From assembly GCA_001600695.1 (NCBI GenBank), contig BCKQ01000009.1, positions 140,813-204,812 on the forward strand: DNA of 64,000 bases, given 5' to 3'. The notes beneath the pieces are model-generated. The model was not told the DNA's origin and made no database searches. It was given only the letters and a program-made list of their open reading frames with translations. Below, piece by piece: positions 34,497 through 46,724 of this stretch. Numbering within the stretch: the first letter of the stretch is position 1; every line of letters begins with the position of its first letter. This stretch comes from Ascoidea asiatica JCM 7603. Lineage: Eukaryota > Fungi > Ascomycota. Position numbers and translations under genes: made by a program.

Positions 34497-35378
34497 TACA
34501 GAAGGATCGAATAATTAGTTTGAATTATTGAAGAAATCTACTTCAACAACTATTATAATCAAATTACTATTTCCAATCTTCTAATAAATGTATTTGCAAT
34601 AATAAACTTTTCAAGATTTCACCTTCCAAAAAAATTTTGTACAAAAAAAATTTCAAAATTGGAAAATAAAAAAAATTATTCAGGAAAACACCGGAAATAG
34701 GCGGATTTGGCGGAACTACATGGAAATAAATGGATTTAGATATATCCGCTGTCAGGAAACAAAACCGGCAAAAAAAGCATAAAAATCCAAATATTTGCAG
34801 GGTAACACTTTGATTAGACCTTTTTGTGACTGGAAAATAAATAAAAATAATTGAATAAATAAATATTAAAAAAAAAAGGTTTGTTTGTAACTTTTCATCG
34901 ATGATCACTGAAGTTTAACGAAGAGGTCAAATGTTTATTGAATGAAACAGAAAAGATAAAAATGATTGAAGTTGCTTTACTAAAAACAATAAAGCTATTA
35001 ATACTATACATGATAACACAACAGACAAAATGAAAAAAGCATGAAAATTTAAGTGAATTGAAAAAAGTAAAAACTAAATAGAAAAAGAAAAAGAAAGTAA
35101 AAGCAGAACGAAAACAAAACAAAACAAAACAAATGAAAACAAAACAGAAATAAGAGTATTAAAAGTTTATAAAAAAACAGAGAAATGATAAAATAAAAAC
35201 TAGAAAATAAAAAAAAAGAAATTTAACAAATTGTGCATCGAAATGTGTGAAATTAAAATTGTCTTTAATAACTGTGAAAATATTTTTGAACCAATAAAGT
35301 AGAGTACTCAGATACTAAATAAGAAATATGAAAGATTAAGGAGAAATTAAAAGAAATTAAAAGAAAATGATTGAAAAA

Positions 35379-38300
35379 TTATGATCTTTTACTGAATAAT
35401 TTTCCAAATCCTTTGAATGAACTTTTTGTTGAAACTGGACTTTCAGGTTCATGATATAAATAACTTGAACTAACTGATGATGCTCTAGTTTCTTTTCTAA
35501 ATTCTTTAATATTAATATTCCAATTATTTTGATCTTCTTTTAAATGATTTCCACAATCTGGATTAATTTTAAATATACGAAATCCGTCATTACTTATTTT
35601 TTTTAATCTTGAAGGTAATTTTATTGTATTTGAAAAATATTGTAATGAATGAAATGGATCAAGATAAAGTAATCTATTAGAATTTACATCAATAAATGAT
35701 CTACTAACTAAACTTAACAGAAATGTATCAATAATATTTGTATTCATCATATTTGGGTTTTCATTAGCTTCAAAAATATGCATTAATTTATTAACTTTTG
35801 AAACTCGTGCATAACATTCTCCTTTTAATTCTTCAAGAATATCAAAATTTATTGTAGATTGTGAAACTAATGATCCTTTTTCTCCTCGATTACTATTATT
35901 TACTCTTTCATTTCCATTTAATTTTGTTTGTGCTTGATTAAGTTGAGTTGTTAATGATGATGATGGTCTTGATGATGGTTTACTCTTTGTTGATGTTGTT
36001 TCAAAATCAAAATGATCATTTCTAACTTTTATTGTTGATGTAATCAAAAAACAAAATTGTGTTAATCTTAAATATTTATCAATTAAAAATGGATTTGTTG
36101 GTAATTCTTTTGCTAATTCTTGATTGGAAATTGTAATTTCTGGTCTAATAACCGTATCACTTAAATCTAAATATTTTTGTGATGAATCTATTTTTTTTTC
36201 TGTCATTTTATCTAAATAATCTAATAATTCCAATTCATGAACTTCAATAAATCTATTCATACACATAAGCCATGGTTCTTTAGCTCCAAATCTACCTCTA
36301 TTTGAAAATGTTAATAAAATTTTTGCTAAAAGTGTTAATGTTCTCTTTGCGGGTCCGATTTGATGATCTTTTGCTAATAAAAATAATTTGGGATTTAAAA
36401 TTGCTGGACAAAAAAATCTTAAAAATAAAAATCCAGTAATACAATTTAAAACTAATTGATAAACAAAATTTCTATCTAAATTTTTACAATGATTTTCTAA
36501 TTGATTTCTAAAAATTTTTAATTGATGTTTAATAGATTGTGGAATATCTGCACTTGAACGATAAATCATTCTCCATGTATCTTCCATATAATTTAATAAA
36601 TTTGTAAAATTGCTTTTAATTATTGCCTTTTTTTTAGCTTCATTTTTTTCATAAATTCTATTTGGGTCAATTTCACATGGTAATTCTTGATTATCAATTT
36701 TTAGTACTAATTTACCAATTGTTTTTTCTAAATATTCTTGTCCAATTCTAAAATTATATTTTTCTAAAGTTTTTGTTAAAATTGAATTTCCTCTAAATAA
36801 TGTATTGAAATAATTTGCAGAAGCTGTTTTTAAAAGTAATTCATTATGTAATTGAGTTTTTTCATTTTTTTGTTTATTCATTAATGATTTTTCTAACGTT
36901 AAATCAATATTACCTAATTCTTTATCAATTAAAGCTGCAAACCATTTATTTTCTAAATGTTTACTTTGAAAAATATCAAGAAACATTTGAGAATTTATTT
37001 CTAAATTATCAACTTGATCAACAAAATTATGTTCAATCATAAAATCAATTAATGTTGAAAGTGGAAATTTTTCTAAAAAATATTCTAATTTTTGAAAATT
37101 TGATGGTGCTTGAGTAAACCAAGTTTCTGAACTTAATCTTAAACAAACTTGACCAACTTTTATATTTTGTTTATTATTATTTGAATCAGAGTACAGATTA
37201 TTATTTGATAAATACATTGGAACTCTAGTTTCAAAACCTTCTTGAGTTTTTTGAAACATTGATTTTGAAACTCTAACTACACCAATGATAATATCTTTTG
37301 GGGAAAATTTTCTTTCTTGATAATTTGTATTACTTGTTGAAGGCAGAAGTTTTTTCAGAACATTATTATGTTTAGATTGATTAATTTTATTAACTGGAGA
37401 AGCTTTTATTACAACATCAAGATGATTACAAGTTGGAGGTAGATCAAATTCAAATTCTTCTCTCCAGAATGGATTATTAGAACTTTCAACAATGGAACTT
37501 CTAGCCCAAGCAGTTCCTAAAAATTGAATTTCAGAATAGATTCCAGAAAGTCCTAAATAATTTGATTCTATATTATCATTTGAATTATTGTCTCTTGAAT
37601 TATTATCTCTTGAATTATTATCTCTTGAATTATCTCTTGAATTTTTAGTTTTAATTGAATTAGTGACAGTTTTTTGAAGTGTTGATTCAGCTTGTTGATC
37701 AAAAGAAGCTTCAAGAATATCAATTTTAACATTATGTTTAATTCTTAAAGCATTTTCCCAACTATAAGTTGAATGTAAACCTAAATAAGCTTTTGAAGTT
37801 AATGAAATTAAAACAACATACCAATCTTCTAAATCAATATGAAGAGTGAAATCTAAAATAATTCTTTTAAAAGTACAATTTTTTAATTCATTAAATTTAT
37901 GTTTTGGATTTGGGATAAAAAAAGGAGAAGCAATTATTGAAGCATTAACCATTGGAGAATCTTCAATTAAATCATTATTATTTATATTATTTTCAAATTT
38001 ATTTGAAGGATTTTCATCATAAACACTTGAAACATTTATATATGGTTTTTTACCATCAAGTAAATGTTTTGTATATTTTTGTCTTAAATCATTTAAAATT
38101 CCAATAAATAAAATATTTGAAGATTGAAAAATTGAATGATGAATATGCCTTATTTCAGAATCAAATAGAATTTTTATATTTATTGAATAAAGTAAAGTAC
38201 CATCAATTTCAGATAATAAATCTAAAATTCCATCATCTTTTAAAACACCCATTGCAAAAAACCAACCTTCATGAACTTTTGAAGAATCATTTGGAAAAAT

Positions 38301-38912
38301 AGTATTATTATTTAAAGTTGATTCAAATATTTTTTTATTTTGTTTTTGAATTGGACCAAAGACTCTAAATCTACAAACTAAAAGATTTTTTTGTTGTGGT
38401 TTATTTAAAGTAAAAAGTTTCTTACTATTATTAATATTATTATTATTACTATTGTTGTGAATATTATTATTATGATTATTAGGTATTGATTGAGATTGAT
38501 CTATGAAAGGATTTGAAATCATTGGAGGAGAAATTATACTTTTATTCATTACACCACCAATTTTCATATTTTGCCAAATCATTAAAGAAGATAATAATTT
38601 TGGAAAAGTTAAATCTTTATTATCAATTGATTTAATTCTTAAATAAACATTTTGAATAGTGTCATAATTTGAAATTCTAATAATATAAGGAGATTTAAAA
38701 TTTATAAATTTTATTAAACATGAATGTAATGAATTTATTATAATATTTTTATCTTTTGGAGCATTTTTCCAATTTGTTGTATTTGAAGGACTTAAATTAC
38801 TTGAAGCCAAATTTGAAATTGGAATTGTTGGAGAAGATATATAAGATAATTGATTACTATTATTTTTTGGAGAAGTACTTATATTTATATCACTATTATT
38901 ATTACTATTGGA

Positions 38913-38967
<55 letters not shown>

Positions 38968-39251
38968 GAGGTTGTATTATTAAAAAAATTATTATTATTA
39001 TTAATAATTGGAGAATCTTTTGAATAAGTTTTCAGTATAATTAATTCACCTAGATTTGTAATTTCTAAATAATTTGTTTTCCATTCTAAATTTTTTTTAA
39101 TAGATTTATGAGGATTTATATTTGAATTTGAATTTGAATTTAGAGAAGATGAAGAACTAGCAGTATTTATTGAATAATCTAATTCACCAAAGAAATAACC
39201 TTTATCTTCTTTCATTAGATGATAAAGTAAACTTCCAAAAGAGTTATTCAT
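35379..39251 (-). CDS. BUD2: Ras-family GAP with C2 domain (GAP for Rsr1/Bud1)
   Basis: NPFWREEFEF (C2), LFRGNSILTK, FLFLRFFCPAILNPKLF (RasGAP signature), RFGAKEPW and ELPTNPFLIDKYLR. Confidence 0.88.
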
Positions 39252-40189
39252 TTTGAATAGATTGATTTGATTGAATTGATTGACTTATATTGAATTGAAT
39301 TGGATTGAATTGAAATTAGATTAAGCTGAAGTTGCTTGATATTGAGTCAATTAAAGATTAGAGTAAAGATTCAAATAAATAAAGATTGAGATAAAATGAA
39401 AATAAACGAAAGTAAAAGACAGAATGTCAGAAAATATAATGAATGAAATACTATAATTATAATATAGTATAATATAATATAATACAATAAAAGTCAAAAA
39501 AAAGTATTTGAAATAATATATTGTAGAATATATTAAATATTATATAAAGAATAATGATTTACTTATTTATTTATAGTAATGTCCAGTTGGTAAAATATAA
39601 TAATAGAGTACTTTAGTTTAATTTAGTTTAGTTTAATTCTCGAAGGATTTCAGTAAGTCCAAAAAGATAAAATAATTACCATAATAATAGATTGAATAGT
39701 ACTTTAGACCTTTACACAAACCTTTATACCTTTATTCCTTTATTTGACTATTTCATTATTATTTCAATTCTTTATTTCTTTATCTGCTAATAATTATTTA
39801 TTAATGTTAAAAAAAACGGTGGACAGGTTTGAAGATACAGATGAAAGAAATATCTACGCGCTGCTGTGAATAAAGACTGCAAGCAAGGACTGTGATTATC
39901 AACACGCGCGACTTGGTGGAAACAAAAGCTGCGTGGAAAAACAGAAGTTACGTTCACTTCTGTCGCCAATTAGTTTGAAAAGTTGCGTTGGGCATATCAA
40001 TTAGAACTGTGCCAGGCTGTGCAGCGCTGTCCTTCCGGATCCCCAGCAGGCAGAACCGTTGCCGTTTCGACTGGTCGCCCGGACCATCCCTGCCTCCGGC
40101 GAGGCTGGTGCCCTCGGAATGCCTGCTGTCGCGATGGTGTCCGCGTGCCAGCATTCTTCTTGCTACCTCAGTACCAAACCAGTGGATGT

Positions 40190-40203
40190 TTCTGACGTCA
40201 GAA
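40190..40203. promoter_or_regulatory. CRE/ATF site TGACGTCA within a perfect 14-bp palindrome, upstream of RTC3
   Basis: TTCTGACGTCAGAA; matches the Sko1/Aca-type bZIP consensus. Confidence 0.5.
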
Positions 40204-40877
40204 TTCCTCTCTCTTGATACTCAGGTCTGAATGAATCTTGTTAAGTTCTTCTTAAGTTCTTCTTAAGTTCTTCTTAAGCTTACGACAAACTTAAAATCAG
40301 CCTGCTTTTTCCTATTCTCCCGAAATGATAAATATGCACTGTCACCTGAGCATACTGTATCCATTTTTATGGTACTCTTATATTTTTTGTCGCCCATTTA
40401 GCGGGTCTCCTTTATATATCTGGAGATAAAGATAAGTTCTGGAGCTTTTAAGAACTGAGATGCAAACTTAAAAAAAGATCCTTTAATTTGAAAGACCTTT
40501 CGTCTGGGGTAATTTTTCATCTTTTGATTTTGTAATCATTTCATCTCATATCATCGTCATCACTTCGAGATACAGTAAAGGCTGCAAGCAATCAATATTC
40601 TAATTCACACTAGAGTTATAACAGTAAGTTAATACCGTCAGTTAATACAATCAGTATATTTATTGATTATTTCATTGACTATTTAAATGAGTATTACTCC
40701 CTCCCTTATTTTAAATCTTGAAATTGAAATGATTTAGTTCTCTTTTTTTATTATTTTTATTTTCATTAAGTTTATTCAATTCATTCTTAAATATAACTAA
40801 ATATATTTCAAGTACTATAATATTCCTATTATCAATTACAATCTTAATCTCTATTACTATTTCAATCAATCTTTATC

Positions 40878-41333
40878 ATGGGTCAAAATCCAGTATGTAT
40901 TCTATTCTATTACTCAAGTAACTATATTACTTATTGACTATTATATAATCGATTAACTGACTAACTAACTAACTAAAAAATTATTATTCATATTTTATAG
41001 ATTAAAACTTATTATTCTGGTGAAAATGCTGATTTTATAGGTTTTGTTGAATCTGAAGATGATATACAAAAATTTAGAAATGATGAAGTTAGTTTAAATG
41101 ATATTGCTGCTAATTTCGAAGTTTATACAACAAGAAGTGGTCGTGGTTCAACTGGAATTATTGATCAAGCTTCACATTCTCAATTAAAAAATGAATTTGG
41201 TACAACTGATATAAATAAAATCTTAACTATAATTTTTAAAAATGGTGATTTTAAACCTTCAAAAAGTCTTCGTAGAAAATCTTTTTCTTCAAAAAATGAT
41301 TCAAATAATTCTGGTGCTCAAAATTCTTTTTAA
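40878..41333 (+). CDS. RTC3: SBDS-N-terminal-like stress protein, 115 aa; exons 40878-40892 and 41001-41333; not in the ORF track
   Basis: MGQNP | GTATGT...CTAACTAAC...TAG | IKTYYSGENADFIGFV...FEVYTTRSGRGSTGIIDQASHSQLKNEFG...IFKNG, which closely follows Rtc3/YHR087W. Confidence 0.88.
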
Positions 41334-41381
41334 TATATATATTATATAATATATAAAATAAAAAAAATAACTCAAAGGTTT

Positions 41382-44195
41382 CTACTTTTTTTTATTACTC
41401 TTATTACTCTTACTACTCTTATTATTTTTACTCTTAAATATATCTAACATTATAGAGGCTCGTCTAAATAAATCATGTCCATTCCCTATCTTAACTCCAT
41501 TACTCTTATTAATTTCTTTAACTTCTTTACCTCTTTTATCAATTGGACTATTCACTCTTTTCATATTATTATCTTCTATTTTTTTATTATAACTATACTC
41601 TCTTTTAAGTGTCAAACTTTCTCTTGATTCATCTTTTTTTTTAAAGCTTGAAGAACTAAGTCTAAATGATCTAGATGCTTTAAAAGATGAATTTCTCTTC
41701 ATTTTCTCAAATGTTTTATCAACTTCTCTATTAACTTCTTTATTTTCAATAATATCTGAAAGTTTTGGTAACTCTTTACTCCAAACTTCCATCAATTCTT
41801 TTTCAATCATAAGTCTTGTGGATTTTTTAATTCCTAGAATTGAAATACTATTATGATATTCACTATCATTATTTTTTTTACTTTTTTTATTTCTTATCGA
41901 ATTTCTAAATGATCCATTTCTCAATGATCCATTCCTAATACTTTTAAATGTGAAAAAATTTCCATTTCCATTTCCATTTCCATTTCCAGTACCACGTTCA
42001 TTTTCTTCAATCTCATTTGTACTATCCTTATTTATATCAACATTAATATTTCCCATTTTTATTTCCAAAGTCCCTTCTTTTTTTTTTTTTTCTTCTTCTT
42101 CTTCTTCTTCATAATTTTTATCTAAAATTGGTATTTTAAAAGGTATAATTGATGAAAAATAACAATCTTTAAATCCAATTTTTGGATCAACTTTAATTTT
42201 TTCAACATTAACTTCAATTGGTATTAAATCTATTGGTTTTAAGCATATTGGTAATATACCAGTTTCAATAGAATTATCTGAATTTGAATAATTAATTTTA
42301 TATGGTCCTGAAATAAATTCAAGAATTAAGTTTATATTCTCTTTCCAAATTTTTATATCATTTTTAAGCCATCCAATAAATAAAATTTCATAAACTGCAA
42401 ATTTAAATTCAAAAATTAATTTAAAACAATTGTTTTGATTTTTATTCAAAATTTTTAATCCATTTTCCATATTAAATAAAGATTTATTATTTTTATTTTT
42501 AATTATATTATTTTCTTCAAATGATAACATTTCACAATTACATAAAGGTATTATGAATTTTATTAAAAACTTCTTATTTTTATTTTTACTCTGGCTTTGA
42601 TTTTGTTTCTGATTTTGGTTATTACTTATTTCTGCTAAAATTAAACTTGATTTGAATAAAAATAAAGCAAGATTTTCTGCATTTACATCTTTATCATTTT
42701 CATTATTTTTTGAAGCCCAGACACAACATAATGATCCAATTAATATTGGTTCCCCAAAAAATTGAAAATCAAAATTTATATTATTACTGGCATTATTATT
42801 AATTGGATATGATAAATTTTTTGTGCAATAATCATTAACTTCATTACCTGAACATAAACTTGAAATTGAATTTAATAAATTTAATTGCGATTGTATAGAA
42901 TTAAAAGATTTTTTAATTAAATTATGAGATTTTTCATCATCTGTAATTAAAGTATTTTTTAAAAGATTATCTAAAAATAAACCATATTTTGAAACTCTTG
43001 AAATTGGTAAAAATAATAATGAAGAAAAAGAAAGATCAATTTTAAAGTTATTGTTTTGATTTTTATTATTATTATTATTATCATTTAAAGAAAATTGATT
43101 TGATTTTAAGTAATTTTCATAACCTTTCATAATATTATTCAAATTTTGATTTTTAGTGTTAGTATCAGTATCACTATTATTTTTTAATTTTATAATATTT
43201 TGAACAATCATATAAAGATTAAAATATTGTTCATAATAATAGGAAGATATAGCATTTTTTTCAATTTGATTTGAAATAACTGCCGAGAGTAAAGTTGAAG
43301 AAATTTTATTTTTTATCAAACCTAAATCATCTTCAAAATAATCATTATCATTATTGTTATTATAATCTTCAACTTCATTTCCATATATATTTTGATTTCC
43401 ATTTTCAATTTCACTTGAATTTTCATTTAAATTTGAAGATGAAGAAATTTTAAATTTATTATTAATTTTAATTAAATTATAATAAAAATTTTGTTGATTT
43501 TGAATAATTAAATTTAAAAAATAATTAAGTTGAATAATTGGATTATAATTAATTTTAAAACAATCTAATTTTAATAAAGAAGAAATATAATTATCATTTA
43601 AAATTTTTAATGAATTTATATAAATATTTTCACTTTGAATCAATTCTTCAATTAGTTTAATTCTTTTGAAAGTTCTTTTATAAGTTGGGGAATTTAAAGA
43701 AGGTGAATGAGATAATAATAGTATATTTGCAGGAGAATTTGAAAGGGAAGAGAAAGAATAGGAATAGGAACAAGAAGGAGCAGATTGTAAATTTGAAAGA
43801 ACTCTATTGAGATTGTTATTCTGGTTTTCAAATTCGTTTTCATTTTGTAAATGATTACTATTATTATTAAAGCCAATAATATTTGAAGAATAATTATCCA
43901 TATTAATATCTCTTGGAGATATTAAATCGGATAATGAATTTGAATAAATTGAAGTTATATTTTCATTTGAAGAATTGAAGTCATTTAATTTTAGATCAGA
44001 TTTTGATTCTAATTTTGAATCAATTGAAGTAATTTGATTTGAATTAATTTTATTTAAACCATAATCACTGAAACAAATTTGAAAAAAAGAATTATCTAAG
44101 TAAACAGATTGATTACCTTTATTTGTTTTTAAATCTTCAATATCTTTTGATTGTATAACTAAAGGTGATAAAGCAGATGGTGGAAGTGAAAACAT
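41382..44195 (-). CDS. Dbl-homology (DH-PH) Rho guanine nucleotide exchange factor
   Basis: RIKLIEELIQSENIYINSL (DH CR1) and SLLFLPISRVSKYGLFLDNLLKNT (CR3), followed by a PH-like region FGEPILIGSL...LFLFKSSLILAE. Confidence 0.75.
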   Translation of the reverse strand: MFSLPPSALSPLVIQSKDIEDLKTNKGNQSVYLDNSFFQICFSDYGLNKINSNQITSIDSKLESKSDLKLNDFNSSNENITSIYSNSLSDLISPRDINMDNYSSNIIGFNNNSNHLQNENEFENQNNNLNRVLSNLQSAPSCSYSYSFSSLSNSPANILLLSHSPSLNSPTYKRTFKRIKLIEELIQSENIYINSLKILNDNYISSLLKLDCFKINYNPIIQLNYFLNLIIQNQQNFYYNLIKINNKFKISSSSNLNENSSEIENGNQNIYGNEVEDYNNNNDNDYFEDDLGLIKNKISSTLLSAVISNQIEKNAISSYYYEQYFNLYMIVQNIIKLKNNSDTDTNTKNQNLNNIMKGYENYLKSNQFSLNDNNNNNKNQNNNFKIDLSFSSLLFLPISRVSKYGLFLDNLLKNTLITDDEKSHNLIKKSFNSIQSQLNLLNSISSLCSGNEVNDYCTKNLSYPINNNASNNINFDFQFFGEPILIGSLCCVWASKNNENDKDVNAENLALFLFKSSLILAEISNNQNQKQNQSQSKNKNKKFLIKFIIPLCNCEMLSFEENNIIKNKNNKSLFNMENGLKILNKNQNNCFKLIFEFKFAVYEILFIGWLKNDIKIWKENINLILEFISGPYKINYSNSDNSIETGILPICLKPIDLIPIEVNVEKIKVDPKIGFKDCYFSSIIPFKIPILDKNYEEEEEEEKKKKEGTLEIKMGNINVDINKDSTNEIEENERGTGNGNGNGNGNFFTFKSIRNGSLRNGSFRNSIRNKKSKKNNDSEYHNSISILGIKKSTRLMIEKELMEVWSKELPKLSDIIENKEVNREVDKTFEKMKRNSSFKASRSFRLSSSSFKKKDESRESLTLKREYSYNKKIEDNNMKRVNSPIDKRGKEVKEINKSNGVKIGNGHDLFRRASIMLDIFKSKNNKSSKSNKSNKKK

Positions 44196-44578
44196 TTTAG
44201 TTCTATTGAATGTTGATTATATTAGCAATTTATTTTTAGTTTCTAGGTAATAATAGTCATTGAAAATATATAACTTATATCATTTATTCATTAAAGCAAA
44301 TTATGTTATTTTCTTCCTGGCGATAGAAGCCTAGTGATGGTGATGATGATTCTTCTAAATTGTTGTTTTTATTCCAACGTTGTTTGATTCTTCTGATTCT
44401 AATAATTATTATGAGTTTTCTTTCATTTTGATTATTGAATATCGAACATTAAATATTTGCCTCTTCAGTCCAGTGCTGAAGACAAGAATACCTCGGCGCT
44501 AAATAAAAGCCATCTGTTTCAAATGCAGCTGTTTCTGGTGCTTCTGAAGCCAGTTCCAGCGCCACTCTCAACGTGGTG

Positions 44579-44733
44579 TTTTGTGCCTGCTGCGATTCTG
44601 TCTGCTAACAGAAACTTCAAGGAGTTTTGTGTTCTGTTCTTCATTCTCTATTCTTCATTCTCTGTTCTTCATTCTCTGTTATTTATTCTTTATTCTTCAT
44701 TGCCACCTGGAAACTGAATCCACTTCTTTTGTG
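44579..44733 (-). promoter_or_regulatory. Three MSE cores (CACAAAA) upstream of SMK1
   Basis: TTTTGTG at 44579-44585, 44625-44631 and 44727-44733; the first is a full GGCACAAAA match on the minus strand. Confidence 0.55.
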
Positions 44734-44902
44734 CTTTGCCAGCGATAAATAAATCCAAAATAACTTTATTAGCTTTTATTAGTTTTTATCAATTGATCAG
44801 AAAATACTTTTAAAGAAATCAAAAAGTTATAAAAAATGCCAATTGAAAGATTTTAAAGATTTTAAGTCTTGAATGTATTAATATTTTAACATCCAAGAAA
44901 AA

Positions 44903-46453
44903 ATGGCAAGACCATCAGAAGCTATTCATCTTCATCAAAGTCAGAATAATAATAACAATGTCAGTCACAGTAATATAAGTAATAATAATAATATCAATAA
45001 TAATAATAATAATCCTAACCGGCGAACAAGGCACCTAGCGTCTAATTCAAATTTGCAGAATATCAATAACAATCCCAACAATAATATCAATAATATCAAT
45101 AATATCAATAATAATAATAATAATAATAATAATCATGAAGTGAACTTGAAAGCAAAATATAATTCTAATAAAAAAGATTTAGGAACTAAAAATATTAATA
45201 ATAATCATACTCAATCTAGTCAATTTACAAATACTATTAAACCTGGTTATGTTGTTTATGAAAAAGCAAATTTTTGTATTGATTCAAGATATCAAATTCA
45301 ACAAGTTTTAGGTAAAGGTTCATATGGAACCGTTTGTTCTGCAATTGATACAATTGCTTCAAGTTATTATAGTAGTGAGAATAATATAAATAATAAAATT
45401 AGAAATATTAATAATAATATAAATAACAATACCATTTCAATATCATCTCCAAATAATAATAAAAGTAATCCTCCAATTCAAATTGCAATTAAAAAAGTTT
45501 CAAATATCTTTTCAAAAGAAGTTTTACTAAAAAGAGCTGTAAGAGAACTTAAATTATTAAGATATTTCAAAGGTCATAAAAATATTATAAATTTAATTGA
45601 TCTTGATATTATTCTTCTTAAACCTTTTGATGGACTTTATTGTTTTCAGGAATTAATTGATTATGATTTAGCAAGAGTTATTCATTCTTCTGTTCAATTT
45701 TCCGAATTTCATATTCAAAATTTTATTTATCAAATTTTATGTGGTTTGAAATATATTCATTCTGCTGATGTTATACATAGAGATTTAAAACCTGGTAATA
45801 TTTTAATTACAATTCAAGGTACTTTAAAAATTTGTGATTTTGGTTTAGCAAGAGGTATTTCTCCAAAATTTTTTAAACATAGATCTTCAACAATTACAAA
45901 TTATGTTGCAACAAGATGGTATAGAGCTCCGGAATTAATGTTATGTAATAGAGTTTATTCAAAATCAATTGATATGTGGGCTGTTGGTTGTATATTAGGT
46001 GAACTTTATGGTAGAAGACCTTTATTTATTGGTGATGATCAAGTTAGGCAAATTGCTGAAATTGTTAAAGTTTTAGGAACTCCTCCAAAAGATTTAATTA
46101 TAAAATATGGTTCAAGGTTAGCTTGGGATTTAATATCTCCTCCAAAACCTCAATATCATCCATTAAATTGGAATGAAGTTTATCCTTATGCAAGTTCTTT
46201 AGCTCATGATTTAATTGGTTCATTAATATGTTGGGATAGTAATTCAAGACTTAATATTGAACAATCTTTAAATCATCCATTTTTAAAAAATGTTCGAGAT
46301 ATTAATGATGAACCAATATGTCAAGATCCTTTTGATTTTAGTTTTGAAAATACTTCAAAATCAATTGACGATTTAAAAACTTTAATTTACCAAGAAGTTG
46401 AAGCTTTTAGACTTGCAAGAATGGGTAAATATGCTAATTTAAAACCAGAATGA
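44903..46453 (+). CDS. SMK1: Sporulation-specific MAP kinase (TNY activation loop)
   Basis: LGKGSYGTVCSA, IAIKKV, HRDLKPGN, ICDFGLARG and ITNYVATRWYRAPE; the TNY motif is diagnostic of Smk1/Csk1. Confidence 0.92.
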   Translation: MARPSEAIHLHQSQNNNNNVSHSNISNNNNINNNNNNPNRRTRHLASNSNLQNINNNPNNNINNINNINNNNNNNNNHEVNLKAKYNSNKKDLGTKNINNNHTQSSQFTNTIKPGYVVYEKANFCIDSRYQIQQVLGKGSYGTVCSAIDTIASSYYSSENNINNKIRNINNNINNNTISISSPNNNKSNPPIQIAIKKVSNIFSKEVLLKRAVRELKLLRYFKGHKNIINLIDLDIILLKPFDGLYCFQELIDYDLARVIHSSVQFSEFHIQNFIYQILCGLKYIHSADVIHRDLKPGNILITIQGTLKICDFGLARGISPKFFKHRSSTITNYVATRWYRAPELMLCNRVYSKSIDMWAVGCILGELYGRRPLFIGDDQVRQIAEIVKVLGTPPKDLIIKYGSRLAWDLISPPKPQYHPLNWNEVYPYASSLAHDLIGSLICWDSNSRLNIEQSLNHPFLKNVRDINDEPICQDPFDFSFENTSKSIDDLKTLIYQEVEAFRLARMGKYANLKPE

Positions 46454-46538
46454 TTATAATTGTAATTGCAATTATTTAAAAAAATTTATAGAAAAAAAGA
46501 AATAAAAATGTGTAATTCAATTTAATTTATCTATTTTG

Positions 46539-46545
46539 TTACCCG
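46539..46545 (+). promoter_or_regulatory. Reb1-type site TTACCCG followed by a poly(dT) tract, upstream of PPX1
   Basis: Exact motif match about 180 bp upstream of the ATG. Confidence 0.45.
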
Positions 46546-46724
46546 ACAAGTTTTTTTATCGAAATTTTGACTAAAATTGAAATTTAAGTAACCTTTCTGT
46601 AGTCAAAAATGTTTATTTTCTTAAATCTTTTTTATAAAATTCCATTTTAATACTCAGTTGATAATTAATTATTAAGTTTTTACCATTGAAAATTTTGTTT
46701 TCTCTTTTATATATAATTAAAACA

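Noticed and set aside
39787-40230. Four short ORFs in the GC island
   Set aside because: Stop-codon scarcity in GC-rich DNA, codon usage unlike host genes and no recognisable motifs; the same applies to ORFs at 3583-3992, 16345-16626, 44457-44717 and 53839-54066.
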